Assembly (NCBI GenBank): GCA_964016885.1
Contig: OZ024742.1
Coordinates: forward strand, 216,938,001-217,002,000
Length of the DNA: 64,000 bases
Direction of reading: 5' to 3'
Source: Eledone cirrhosa
Lineage: Eukaryota
Positions 12,750 through 26,243 of the stretch are shown here, in pieces (position 1 is the stretch's first letter; the number at the start of each line of letters is the position of its first letter). Below the pieces are notes generated by a model. That model was not told the origin of the DNA. It searched no databases and worked only from the letters and a program-made list of their open reading frames with translations. The position numbers and the translations under genes were made by a program.

Positions 12750-14320
12750 GACAAAGCTTTATGAAGGCAGTTTGAGAATAATTCACTATATTTGTTAATT
12801 AAGTTTTCATAATTATTAATTATTAATTATTAATAGGCTGCAGTTAATTGATATACAAGAGTTGACATAAACTCCACTATTACAAAGCTTCGTCCAAAAG
12901 ATCGAGTATTTTAAATTTTTGTCTTTTAATAACCATATAAGATGTGATAAAGAAGTCGAAGACTTCCTATTATAATTCAAGAATGGGCATTTATGATTCG
13001 CAAATCTTGCCTTAAATGTAGAAGAAGTTGCTCCTATGTAGTCGTATGTGTTGTTATTTGTTTTTACGGTGCATTTATACACCAAATTTCTATCCAAACA
13101 ATTATTTTGCAGAGGGCAATCTGGTTTATTTCTACAATTACATTTTGATTTATTATTATTTATATTGATACTATTATTAATATCATTATGTTGATTTTGA
13201 TTTAGAATTTTACTGTTTATTTTAGCAATGTTTTGGGCCATATTCATAGTTGTAGAATAAGATAATTTGATAGTGTGTCTATTAAAACTGGAATGGTATT
13301 TATGTTGACTAGGGAATGAGCTATCCAAAGCTTTAAAGAATAGATCAGCTATTGGTGTTCTTACTGCTACAGAAGCAGGGGGGGGGCAAACCATATAACT
13401 GATTTAGTTCTGGTTATTTTTCCCCGATTTATTCACAGTATAGGTGTTTGAATTATAATTACTAGAATTTATAGAATTTCGTTTATATGTGCCATTATTT
13501 TTATCAGAATTAAAACTTGGACTATTATTGTCTACATATTCTATATTATTTTTATAACCTGCCTTTTTTAGCGCATCATTGTAATATCCTGCATTTTCAT
13601 CAAATATTGCTTTATTGGCAGATATTCTATTAATGCGTTTTTGCACGCTATTTACAATTGTTTTTTCACTGACTTAGGGTGATTGGAGTAATAACTACCG
13701 TAATTTAAGTTTTCATTGGGCTTATGGAAATGGTAATAAAAACCAGAGTTTAAGTTAAACGTAACATCAAGGAAATAAAACTATTTTGGTACCACTTTCT
13801 ACTTCTAGTTTAAGGTCATAAATTTTAAAGAATTTAATTATATTTTTCTTTACTCTATTTAGTTCAATATTGTTGTGTTTGACAACCTTAAATAAAATAT
13901 CGTCCCTATATAAACCACCGGTAATCTCCGGCAGTTTTCTATTTATCATATTTAAGATGAAAATCCCCAGAAGATCTGTAATTTGCGCTGAATCAGATGA
14001 CCCCATGGTAATGTCAAAGTTTCTATTTCTATCTGAGCGGGTCCAATACTCATTGTCGAGTTCTTCTAGCAGTTAATATGATATCAATTTCATCCGTAGT
14101 TAGATCAGTATGCTTGTAAGCGTATGATAGAGCCTTATTTAGTAGGTTGGGCGTTATGGAAGAGTAATAGCTTGTTATGTCCATCTGGATGAATTTACGG
14201 TTTTTCTTATCATCTATATTCTTATACCATTCAATGACTTCGTTTGTATCTTTCTACAAGTTCAATTTAGACCTCAATTTCAGATTAGGTAGAATTCTAT
14301 CAATAATATTTTTACTGATT
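12750..14320 (-). pseudogene. Disrupted PLE ORF: reverse transcriptase followed by a C-terminal GIY-YIG endonuclease
   Basis: FIQMDITSYYSSI (motif A), MGSSDSAQITDL (B'), GLYRDD (C), KRINRISANKAIFD..YNDALKKAGY (thumb), CNCRNKPDCPLQNNC, LVY..YIGATSSTFKARFANH, LINKYSELFSNCLHK. Split by stops and frameshifts. Confidence 0.92.
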
Positions 14321-14466
14321 ACTCCACACACTCTCTCTATTGATTCTATTACGTTTTCTCATGTTCTCAATATTAGGGTATAAATATTGAGTTTTCTCAT
14401 ATGTTAATCACTACCTTAATTAAATCTTAAACACCTACCATATCAGGGTATGTCATGTATCATTTT

Positions 14467-14531
14467 ATTTTATCTGATGAGGACGTACTGTTGAACTTAA
14501 TTCAGTACTTCTGAAATATGTATAATAAAAT
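14467..14531 (+). ncRNA. Hammerhead ribozyme in the PLE pseudo-LTR (mirror copy 10514-10578, minus)
   Basis: attttat-CTGATGA-ggac gtactg..cagtac ttct-GAAA-tatgta-TA-ataaaat; 7-bp stem I. Confidence 0.85.
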
Positions 14532-14647
14532 TTAATTGATCACAAGAATATCTATTTTGTTAATATCTGGAAAATATTACAGTAGAGTGCTTCCAATCTA
14601 TTGTAAAACTCATTCTTTGAAGTACTCATTGAATCTTGTTTAACTCT

Positions 14648-14718
<71 letters not shown>

Positions 14719-14722
<4 letters not shown>

Positions 14723-15048
14723 AAAAAGGAAAAGAATGACTTCACTTTAATTTTATAATATTATAATTTTACAATTTTGTTTTATAGATATTGTAAGTTC
14801 TTTGTTAACTTCGGTGGGGAGCCTTTTAAAGACACCTGGCTTTCTTTCCTGGAGAACTTTCTCGCATTTGTCAGTGGCGATTGTCAAACTGATCTCCCCA
14901 CCGAAGTTAACAAAGAACTCACTAGATCTACAAAACCAAATTGTAAAATTATATTATAAAATTAAATTGTTTAGAACTACAAGTGAAGTCATTCTTTTCC
15001 TTTTTTCAAATACACCTAACTGTACCAACGATTTCACACATTTTCCAA
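14719..15048 (+). mobile_element. PLE-type fold-back with tail, in (TA)n
   Basis: Diverged arms about 14719-14821 and 14894-15005; tail 15006-15048; no clear hammerhead core. Confidence 0.65.
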
Positions 15049-15071
15049 TATATAAATATATATGATTGTGT

Positions 15072-15108
<37 letters not shown>

Positions 15109-15146
15109 CATATACGCACGCATACACATAAACACACAAGTGCGCA

Positions 15147-15183
<37 letters not shown>

Positions 15184-15274
15184 AATGAATAACAACAGGT
15201 AGACATCATAAAAAGGTAATTTATTCCGTGTGCTTACAAGTGTAACCATTACTACATCTTGGATAATCCTATAC

Positions 15275-15425
<151 letters not shown>

Positions 15426-15753
15426 TGGAATTAGCTGTATACAGATATGTATTGAAATTTCGTATTTCTAAAGAAACACGGTATGGATAAACATTTAGAA
15501 AGCCATAGCTATGCAAAACATCGAGGCTATCGCACTCTGGTGGTGTCCAGCAGAAGCAAGGGGGACAATCGTCAATGCATTTCGAACTTAACTGGTCCTC
15601 ATTGGGAATATCCCTCCTACTCTTGAGACTGCTGGACTTGAAAACAGGCGAGAATATATGGTTTTCTCCTCTGTGTAAATGAGGTGATTAATCTTATTTG
15701 CATATGAAGCAGCATAAGTTGGCTCAACCTATATACATATATATATATATATA

Positions 15754-15943
15754 GGGAAAAGTATGACCCCGACGGCAGAGCTCAAGCCGTTTCAACGGCT
15801 ATTTCAGTCCAGAAATAGCCGTCGAAACGGCTTGAGCTCTGCGGTCGGGTCATACTTTTTCCTATTTCCCACTCTACTACTCTAAGTATTGAGTACTCTG
15901 GTGCGTTATGGTCCATCTGGTTCCTTACCACAATTCCTTTGTT
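15754..15943 (+). mobile_element. Short fold-back + tail element, family X (copy 1 of 5)
   Basis: Arms about 15754-15805 and 15811-15865; tail ACTCTACTACTCTAAGTATTGAGTACTCTGGTGCGTTATGGTCC... Confidence 0.85.
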
Positions 15944-15982
<39 letters not shown>

Positions 15983-16774
15983 GTAATAATATATATAGAT
16001 ATAGTAATAATATATATATTTTAATAAATATATATATATAAATATATATATATAAATATATATATATACATGCAGAGAAATACAGAAAATGTATTGTTGA
16101 ATACATATGTGACAATAAAGGAAGTGGTAAATAGTATGCATGTGTGCTCTTTTCAGAAAGCCATAAGAGATAATACTGCACCAGATACAAAACATGTTTA
16201 ATTACTATTTAACATCTATTCTTTCGCAGAGTACAAACAAAATGTTAATTATTAATATTCCCAGTTCTCTGTTACTTTTGTCTATATATTTTACGTTAGA
16301 TTAATTCGTTATATTTTATATATTGTTCACCTTTTGACTACTTCGACATGAACAGCGCTATTAATTTTAGGCTTAATTTTCTGCTCTGATGCTTGTTTTT
16401 AGTTCTGTTCCTTCTTTTGTATATCTTTATTTTTATTTCATTAATTAATCTACCGGTTTTTCTCGAAAATTTCATCAGTTCTCACACATTCAATATAATA
16501 TTCACACACACACGTACGCCTACACACGCCTACATATACGCGCATCTACAACCACACGCAAATATAGATGTATCTGTAAGCGGGGGTATGTGTCGGGGAA
16601 GTATGTGGAGGGTGGGTACACGTGTGTCTGTGTGTCTGTGTGTCTGTGTCTTTGAGCAGGTGTGTGTGTGTGTATGTGCGTGTTTGTATGCGTGTGTGTG
16701 CATGTGTGTATGTGTGTGTGTGTGTGTGTGAGTGTATGTGTATGCGTGTGTGTGCGTGTGTGTGGGTGTGTGGG

Positions 16775-16890
<116 letters not shown>

Positions 16891-16926
16891 CGCGCGTGTG
16901 CGTGTGTGCGTGTGTGCGTGTGTGCT

Positions 16927-17149
16927 TATTCACATAAACAGTTTGACTCAAAATCACCTTATTTTGAAACTGTAAGTAAATAAACTGATGATGATTCTGA
17001 CACTTGGTTCTTAATTCTGAGTCAACCACCTCAACGACCAGGCATTTGGAATTTTAAGTAATGGGATTCTGAGTCAAACAGTTTATACAAACAAATAATA
17101 TAAACTTTACAAAACGTATTGAGTGTTCTATTCTTTCGTTTTTCTACTC
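16927..17149 (+). mobile_element. Old, diverged fold-back + tail element
   Basis: TAAACAGTTTGACTCAAAATC versus GATTCTGAGTCAAACAGTTTA; tail with GAGTGTT at 17121. Confidence 0.55.
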
Positions 17150-17164
17150 ATATATATATAAATA

Positions 17165-17503
17165 TTGGTAGAACACTGGAAGGTAATATCCGTAGTGGTA
17201 GAGCACTCAGTCCATGGAACGAGTTAGGTAGAAGTGGTTACACAACAGTTAGTTCACCATACCGAGAACAATTGTTTCACCTTAGCGGATCCTCAGCTCG
17301 TAATGGACATGGTTATACGGAACAGGAAGGACAACCGTACGCACGCATTTTAGTTTTGCCTGTTTGAAGTGACCGGGTTTCTGCGCACGTGCGTTCGTAC
17401 GGTTGTCCTTCCTCTTCCGTATAACCATGTCCATTACGAGCTGAGGATCCGCTAAGGTGAAACAATTGTTCTCGGTATGGTGAACTAACTGTTGTGTAAC
17501 CAC

Positions 17504-17507
<4 letters not shown>
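17165..17507 (-). mobile_element. PLE-type fold-back with tail, in (TA)n
   Basis: Arms about 17229-17347 and 17388-17507; tail 17165-17228. Confidence 0.85.
17437..17474 (+). ncRNA. Minimal hammerhead ribozyme, ~38 nt (mirror copy 17263-17300)
   Basis: cgag-CTGAGGA-t cc gctaa gg t-GAAA-caattg-TT-ctcg. Confidence 0.75.
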
Positions 17508-17540
<33 letters not shown>

Positions 17541-17543
<3 letters not shown>

Positions 17544-17843
17544 CAGTCAGTCAACCAGAAACAATATTTATAGCCCGCTATGTAGCCTATAACTCGAACC
17601 ATCTAGACCAGTGCGAATTGGTCTAGCTAGTGAGGTGCAGATACACTCCTTTACCAAATATTGCCTGAACAAGGATACGTGCATAATATATCTGTAAAAT
17701 TCTGAGTAACTCTGGAGTGAATCTTCAACAATATATATATGTGTGTGTGTTATTGAGTAAAATGACAGGAGGCCGGACTGGTGAAATTCCTTCAAAGATT
17801 TATTATAGCAAACACTATGTGGTGAACCACCAAACTTTAATGA

Positions 17844-17848
<5 letters not shown>
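17541..17848 (+). mobile_element. PLE-type 3' fragment with tail; inverted partner at 18551-18748
   Basis: 17541-17729 is the reverse complement of about 18551-18747. Confidence 0.7.
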
Positions 17849-17905
<57 letters not shown>

Positions 17906-17907
<2 letters not shown>

Positions 17908-18043
17908 CGAAGGAAATGTGTAAGGAACCAGATGGACCATAACGCACCAAAGTACTCAATACTTAGGGTAGTAGAGTGGGTAATAGGAACGAGTGGGACC
18001 CCGACGGCTGAGCTCAAGCCGTTTCGACGGCTAATTCTGGACT
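17906..18043 (-). mobile_element. Family X copy 2 (one arm + tail)
   Basis: Reverse complement of about 15805-15943. Confidence 0.85.
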
Positions 18044-18044
18044 C

Positions 18045-18514
18045 AAATAAAATAAAATAAATAAATCAAATGTTTAAAATTTGGCTTCGTTTATTACTGC
18101 TATATATATTTCGGTGACAGCCATCTTTGGCTGTGACCTCTTCAGACAGTCCGAATTAGTGTGGTAGAGACGAGTACACATGTTGTCGAGTACACATGTT
18201 CCAGTTCCTCAGTGAAATAACAACCCAACCAGAAACTGGGCATATCAGAGTATTGACAAAGTTAAACACCTCAACAACATGTGTACTCGTCTCAACCGCA
18301 CTAATTCGGACTGCCTGAAGAGGTCACAGCCAAAGATGGCTGTCAACGAAATATTTATAACAGTAATAAACGAAGCCAAATTTTAAACATTTGACTTATT
18401 TATTTTATTTTATTTTACATTAATCCGGAGTAACCAAACCAACCTGCGCACTGCGTCGAGTGCTCCAATCTGCATACTGAAGTGTTGGTATACAACCAAC
18501 GTAAGCTCAAAATT

Positions 18515-18515
<1 letters not shown>
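18045..18515 (+). mobile_element. Fold-back + tail element, family Y (copy 1)
   Basis: Arms about 18045-18190 and 18270-18418; tail 18419-18515; same family as 44371-44699. Confidence 0.85.
18310..18364 (+). ncRNA. Hammerhead ribozyme, family Y (mirror copy 18096-18150)
   Basis: actgc-CTGAAGA-ggtc acagcc aaagat ggctgt caac-GAAA-tattta-TA-acagt. Confidence 0.75.
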
Positions 18516-18545
<30 letters not shown>

Positions 18546-20988
18546 AATAAGTTGAAGATTCACTCCAGAGTTACCCAGAATGTTACAAATATATTATGCG
18601 CTATGCATGTATCCTTGTTCAGGCAATATTTGGTGAAGAGGTGTATCTGCACCTCACTAGCTAGACCAATTCGCACTGGTCTAGATGGTTCGAGTTATCG
18701 GCTATATAACGGACTATAAATATTGTTTCTGGTTGACTGACTGCAATGGTGTAAGGGAAAGCGCCCTGTATAAATTTTTCAAGCTAGCCCTATTTTAGTT
18801 TACTATCCAGCAATCTGAGATCCATGACATATTATCCTCATTTGTAGCCTGAACCAGAATTCCTTTTTAACCCTGGTATGTTTGCATTACTAACTCTCTC
18901 ATTTAGCTAAAATTAGGAATCTTATTGCATAGAATATGTGAAATATACAAATTTGAAAGTTTTTTAATGTCCTTAAAATATTAATTTTAATAAAACCACT
19001 CATACAGTAGTTCACATTGCATGGCATATTACATACAAAATGTTATATACAAAGATTCGTCTTAATCTGAGAAAACAGGTTTTGATAGAGTTCATTTCAA
19101 AGACTCTGATCCTTTTAGGAGATAAAAACCCTGAGTTTATTCCTTTGTTTTCTGTTTTGTACTAGATGAGGATGATTTTTAAGTGTAACAAGGAGACTTT
19201 GGTAAAATCTAATTTCTTTTTTTAGAGCTTTGATTTGATTTGAAATTTGGTAGGTATTTTTGCCAAATTTTCCAACTAGAGTGTAAGGGCCTGTTCAGTT
19301 CTCTGTAAAATGCTATCTCTATTTATGTTCTATTAGATTCTTCAGTAGAAATGTGTTGCCATTTTGTTTCTCTTGAACAGACTGCCTTGTTTTAATATTA
19401 GGGCAACTTTTGAAATCGTGTTGTCCCAAATAACTGTCATTATGTTTAATTTACTGTATATGTAGAAGACTGTATTAGATTTTAGTCCAATAGGAAGTTG
19501 AGCTTGATTAATGTACACAGTTTAGAATGGATTAATTTGGATGGAAGAATGTTTTGTTACATCGTCTCTGTTCATTCTAATCACGTATTACCAATACACC
19601 TCTGTAGTTTTTTCCAGACATTCCAAATCTCTCTGCTCTATGGTGATAGTAAAGTTAAACAATTTCTGCAACATAATGTTTACAGAGCCTACGTAGATTC
19701 GCTTTATCCTTTTTCGGCATTCGTGAGGCATATTTGCTGTTAACAACATAATCTAATTAGATCAATCTTAGCTTCGTCTTGTGAGAGGAATTAATCTCAA
19801 ATCATAGAAGGCAAGATGAAATTAACTTCAAGCTACTTCTAGAAGTCAGTTGAAATCAATTTCCTCCTACCTTTTGACATTCTCAACACGTGGTGTAAGA
19901 TGACTTAGGGGAAATCTAAAACTACCACAGCGATCCAGATGTATGATCATCAAGCGTAGCTATGCAACTACTCCACGATACCTTTTTTAATCTGTTGGTC
20001 GTTTATTTGAATCACTAGATATAAATGCACTACCAATCGACCGTCAGTGGATTCTCGGTTACATGGAAGCAGACAAAGAGGATATTTTTCCGATTACAAC
20101 TAGATATCCGGTTAAATGATACTATTGGCAGTTTTAACATCAGAACCAATTTAGTTGAGCATATCGTGCAGTTTCAGGACCCATTAAAGTATGAAGTGGC
20201 CTCTCTTCCATGTTCCATGATATTTGAGTATGTTTGCATCTATTGCCTTTGTTATTTAAGGAAAGAAGAACAGGGTGACACATAATAACACAAAATATAT
20301 ACAATAAATGTAGATGATAGATATCTTAAATTATATAATACTTTACAAATGTTTCAATATAAATAATTTGACTAGTGCTACGATAATATAGTAAAAAGAA
20401 AACAAAGGAAAATATATTGAAAATAAATTGAAAATATATTGAACATTATTAAATACCGTACATATTCGGAGGTAATAAAAAGGATAAACAACGATGACCC
20501 GGTGAAAAGCAAGCCCAAAAGGGAGAAAATTTTCAGTAGAAATGGCTACGTCTTTAAAGAAAATCTATAACAGGATAAAGTTATTCAATAACGCTATCGG
20601 TTATTTGAAATAATGAAAACAATGAAATATTTAATATGTAAGCACACGAAGGGATTATTCAGTATAGATTTATAAAATAATTAAAAATATATATTTCAGA
20701 TATTACGAACATAAAGTATTATAAGTATAAACCAGTTTAGTATATGAAGGGAGATAACTACGACTAAAATTATGTTTGGAATTAAAGGTAATGTAATATT
20801 TAGAAAAAGCTCAGCAATGAGCAATATATATGTGCTTACAGATTCACTAGCTAGCGACCTGAGAGAATGTAAACAAATTGAATGAGCAAGCGTATATAAT
20901 CAACACATACTTAAACACTCAAACACACACAAACATAATTCAATATATATATACATAATTATTCTTATATGAATGTGTGTGTGGGGGG

Positions 20989-21124
<136 letters not shown>

Positions 21125-21194
21125 GGGTGGGTGTCGTGGGCGTATGTATATACAAAGTAAACAAATGCCAACGCAAACGACACAGTAGATTGAA

Positions 21195-22310
21195 GAAATA
21201 TATAGGTTGACGCTTGAAATAACAGGGAAAGCGTATTAACGTTTCGGACACTAGTTCTTCATCAGAAAATGAAATTAGAAATAAAAGATAAGATTGAAAG
21301 ATAAAAAGTGAGAAGAGAAAAAATGATTTTAAAAAAATTCACACGTGCGTATTCAGTCAACCATTTTGGAGATTTGCTCGTCATGTGGTATCTTACGCGT
21401 TAGAGAAGTTTAGGAAGGGAGATAATCATTGTATATTTGGGATGGACATGTGTGTATACGTGCATGTGTGTGTGTGTTTGTGTGTGTGTGTGTATGTGCG
21501 TGCGTATGGGTGTTCGCGTGTATAAGTGTATTCGTATGTTTCGAGGATGGGCGTTGGATTTTGACAGGCTGGCTGCTGTGAGATTGTAAATGTGTTAGTC
21601 GGGGGGATGTACAATAATGTATATGAATTTTTATATATACATACATACACACACATATAGTATCAGTCGAGAGGAGTTGTGTAGGAAGGAGGGTGGTAAC
21701 GAATATGATCTTTGCCTTTATATTCCATTTCGTGGTATAGTCATAAGAGAAGCTGCATAGATTCGGATACGACGATATGGTGGTACAACCGTAAAAGGCT
21801 AAGTCACTACATGCATAGAGGCGGATAGAGCCGGTAAGTGGTGGGGTGGAATAAATGTTCAGAAACATTCAACACCGACGGTGTCACAGCCGCGGCACTG
21901 AGTGTCACTCGAATACAGGCGCGCGCACAAGAGATACAAGCACACATGTACCATCAAACGTGAGCCCTGGAATGTGTGTGTCGGTGGTGTGTGTGGACAT
22001 GTGCACATATGTGAGTCTGTATGGAGTAAGTGTAGGATTTTGAGTGTTATGTGTGTGTAGAGGTAGATGTGTGTTGGGTGGTATAACGGACGTTGAAAAT
22101 ATAAGTGTGTATTGTGTGGTGGCTGTGGTTGTGTGCGTATGTGCGTGTGTTTGTGTGTGACAGCAAAAGTATAGAGAGGTTATATGAATGTTGGGGAAAT
22201 TGCGGCCATTCGGAAAAGTTGTTCCAAGGCGATCAATGGCGTAAAATGAGGTCTGGGACAGTGAGGTGTTGAGTAGAGTGGCTAAGGAAACGGAAGTGGC
22301 GTGCAACAGG
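21195..22310 (-). mobile_element. 3' part of a decayed Penelope-like element (Neptune-like, tentative)
   Basis: AIDRLGTTFPNGRN resembles the GIY-YIG C-terminal I..LGTL.P.GLN motif. A degenerate hammerhead CTGATGA-agaactagtgtcc-GAAA-cg-TT lies on the minus strand at about 21232-21272. Confidence 0.55.
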
Positions 22311-22438
22311 TGTGTCTTTACCTAGTGGTATGTTCCTCAGGTGTTCGGCGAATCGGTTGGCTATATATACATATATTACATATATATATATTTATATGTA
22401 TGACATATGCAGATATATGCACCCATATATACATAAAA

Positions 22439-22534
<96 letters not shown>

Positions 22535-22641
22535 CTCTCTATATATATGTATGTATATGAAAACATACACACTGAAAAACGAAACAGATATCCATGCTCA
22601 TATACCCACACATACGTATGTACATACAAAACACACACACA

Positions 22642-22701
<60 letters not shown>

Positions 22702-22705
<4 letters not shown>

Positions 22706-22811
22706 AACAAGTAATGGGGTCTTACTTGTTCCTATTACCCACTCTACTACCCTAAGTATTGAGTACTTTGGTGCGTTATGGTCCACCTGGTTCCTTACCA
22801 CATTTCCTTCG

Positions 22812-22813
<2 letters not shown>
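22702..22813 (+). mobile_element. Family X copy 3 (~14-bp arms + full tail)
   Basis: TAGGAACAAGTAA tggggtc TTACTTGTTCCTA followed by the family tail. Confidence 0.85.
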
Positions 22814-22875
<62 letters not shown>

Positions 22876-23270
22876 AAATATGTTTGTGTGTGTTTGAGTG
22901 TTTAAGTATGTGTTGATTCAATTCCTCATTCAATTTGCTTACATTCTCTCAGGTCGCTAGTTAGTGAATCTGTAAGTACATATATATTGTTCATTGCTGA
23001 GCTTTTTCTAAATATTACATTACCTTTAATTCCAAACATAATTTTAGTTGTAGTTATCTCCCTTCATATACTAAACTTGTTAGATTTTCAATTCCGAATT
23101 TCTAAGAAACCTATTCTGGAATATTGAATTGAGAATTGTGAATTGTCGAAGAATATAGAAATGATGTTTACGGATTAAACTTTTAGAGCTGAATAGTGTT
23201 TGCATTCCGTTAAACTCATTTCTAAAAACGGAAGCTTTTAATATGTAAACAAATCAGAAAGGGTGTTACA

Positions 23271-23318
<48 letters not shown>

Positions 23319-23679
23319 TTAATATAAATCAATATATTTGATAAACACAAATATCCTCATATTTATGTTTGTATTGTAAATGACCAAGTTAGCTAGATAG
23401 AAATATACTAATAATAATATTACAGTTTGCCTATCATGACTTAAGATAATACATCATAAATCAACAAAAACAAATTGTAACAAATTTCAAAATCAAACCT
23501 GTTCCGTAGACCTTAAAATCCAAATATGTTTCGAATAATGAAAAAGTGGAAGAAAATACCGCATTTTGATCTCCTCAGCAAGCACTATAAAAATTGGTAT
23601 GTTCCACTTCAAAATATTTAGGAAGACTGTTTTGTTTAGCGCACGAGGTAACCTCATGCGGTTATCCAGTGTCTAGCTA

Positions 23680-23746
<67 letters not shown>

Positions 23747-23747
23747 G

Positions 23748-24920
23748 ACTACCAGTTTAGCCGGGCGTTGCTCGGGTTTATCTCCAACACCTGCACCAAC
23801 ATCTATAGCACCTCTTTGTAGACGATATTGCGGAGTGTAAGCAAAAAGTCCATTCCTGCTCCCTACGCGGGAACAGGCAACATAAAGTTGGCCATGGGAG
23901 AAGCATGGCTCCCCCAAATGAATGACCGCCACCGACAATGATTGCCCTTGTGACTGGTTAATGGACATGGCAAAACATGGTCTCACCGGGAATTGGGATC
24001 GCCAGAAATCGAACGGGATATCTGACGCCGAGGGGAAAAGGTTCATCCTTGGCAGTTTATTCGGCAGAATTGCCAGAAGTACAACACTATGGGTGTTGTC
24101 ATATTAATATTTAACCAATGAAAGTCGTAAAAAATAAATAATTTAAACATTCCGATTCATGTCTATAGCATTAATCTGATATATGAAGTATTATTTTGCG
24201 GGTTGTTATTTGCAATAAGCCGATTTAAAATACCCCAGAAAAGCCGTATGTCAAAACGGAACTCCAATGACTCCCCCAGAAGTTAAATTATAGAGAAAGG
24301 GAATAATCTATTATAGAGAGAGGGAAGAGTGATGGAGAGAGTAAAGCTAAGAAACAATAGGGAGGTGTGTAAAACAGTGTTGTCATATAGACAGTGAAGA
24401 GCGACAGAGAGAGTAAAGCAGTTAAATTAGAGAGGTGGAATAATCTATTATAGAGATAGGGAAGAGCGACGGAGAGAGTAAAGCTAAGAAACTATAGGGC
24501 GATGTGTTAAACCTCAAAGCATGAAGAGAGTAAAGCAGTTAAATTATAGAGAGGGGGAATGATCTATTATAGAGAGAGTGAAGAGCGACGGAGAGAGCGT
24601 CATGACTATGTTTGTTGTATAAAATGATGTGTTGCTTAGTTTTCAAAGTTTATGTCGCGTTCCTGAACGAAGTTTTGTCGCTGTTGGGTAGTAGAGAGAG
24701 TGAATAAGCGTGTAAGAGAGAGGGTTACAGCATGTATTTAGTTTTATCGATTTTTTTCATAGAAGCAGGACATTTTGGCAAAGTTTATTACGCGTTGACC
24801 ATCGTTGGTAAATTTGGAGCACATTGGAAAAAAATCATCAAAACCGGTAGAGAAATGTGGAAATGCATAAAAATCATACACACATACAGACAGACATCTT
24901 CCGTTTTATATATATAGAGA
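23748..24920 (-). mobile_element. Non-autonomous Helitron carrying a PIF1-helicase C-terminal fragment
   Basis: 5' TCTCTATATATATAAAACGG; ORF PFDFWRSQFPVRPCFAMSINQSQGQSL..CFSHGQLYVACSRV; 3' CCCGAGCAACGCCCGG hairpin-like motif before the terminus; internal GA-rich tandem repeat at about 24280-24600. Confidence 0.88.
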
Positions 24921-24921
24921 T

Positions 24922-26243
24922 AACAAGTTATCGTTATAGGTAATCCAGTTAGAGGTTGTGAAAACTCTGCGTCGTGGATAGTTTTGACGTACGGCTTTGT
25001 TGACTCAACAAGATGCTTCCATAGTTATGCAGCGAGTTCGCGGTAATTTCTATGCAGGTTATACTTAGAGTAATAATAGTTAAAGAATGAAGAGTAACAT
25101 GGTTGGCTGTACAATAAGGGCTTTAATTAAAGTACTGATAATTGTTTCGTTGATCAGGTGAGTCTAGAGTTCGCTAATCGCTTGAGGTTGCGTCATTCGA
25201 TCTCCAATACATTATTTACCTCTGGTCAACACATCAGAGTACGTAGATATGAAAGTAATTCACTCGAGGCAAGACTTATATAGAAAAATAGCGTATAATC
25301 AAAACAATAACATCAATAATAAAATAGCGTATAATCTAAACAATAAGATCAATAATAAAACATGTATGGTAAATAGGTAGAGAAGTTACAGGTGTAAAAA
25401 GTAAAAAGTAAAATATAAGATACGGTACATTAAAAAATAAGAAAATGAGAAAATGGAAAATATAAAGAAATAAATAAATAAGTGAGAGCGTGTAAGTACA
25501 TAGTGGTAGTTTTTGAGTAAGTGTTCTTATAAGGATTCGTTGGTGGGTTTAGTGCTAACATGAGAAACCAGATTCGAGATGTACATAGATACGTGTAGAG
25601 GGTCCGATAAAAGAAAAGACAATAAATTAGAGATATTTATGGGCTAGGGATGACGGGACATTTGATAAACGTTTGTTGTAAATGTTTTGCTGATTGTTCT
25701 ATCTTAATGAGGTTGATGCTGTTTCAGGGAGAGAGGGTGAAAGAATGCTCACATTGAGCCGTTGGCCGTTTGATAGCTAATAGCAGTGCGATGGTGTTTA
25801 TTCTATATCTTAAAATTTCTCATGTTAGCACTAAACCCACCAACGAATCCTTATAAGAGCACTTACTCAAAAACTACCACTATGTACTTACACGCTCTCA
25901 CTTATTTATTTATTTATTTATATTTTCCCTTTTCTCATTTTCTTATTTTTTACTCTTTACTTTTTACATCTGTAACTTCTCTACCTATTTACCATACATG
26001 TGTTATTATTGATGTTATTGTTTTGATTATACGCTATTTTTCTATATAAGTCTTGCCTCGAGTGAATTACTTTCATATCTACGTACTCTGATGTGTTGAC
26101 CAGAGGTAAATCATGTATTGGTGATCGAATGATGCAACCTCAAGCGATTAGCGAACTCTAGACTCACCTGATCAACGAAACAATTGTCAGTACTTTAAGT
26201 AAATCCCCTTATTGTACAGCCAACCATGTTACTCTTCATTCTT

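Larger units (their letters stand above)
10471..14650 (-). mobile_element. 5'-truncated Penelope-like retroelement (Nematis-like, clade tentative) with inverted pseudo-LTR and tail, in (TA)n
   Basis: RT + GIY-YIG remnants at 12750-14320; ~2.3-kb 3' UTR; 10480-10731 is the reverse complement of 14319-14567; extra tail 14568-14650; (TA)n on both flanks. Confidence 0.9.

Noticed and set aside
19000-19750. Possible decayed LINE coding fragment
   Set aside because: No diagnostic motif could be read by eye.
23520-23590. Hammerhead on the minus strand (CTGAGGA..GAAA-catat-TT)
   Set aside because: Stems I and II do not pair convincingly; at best a decayed copy.
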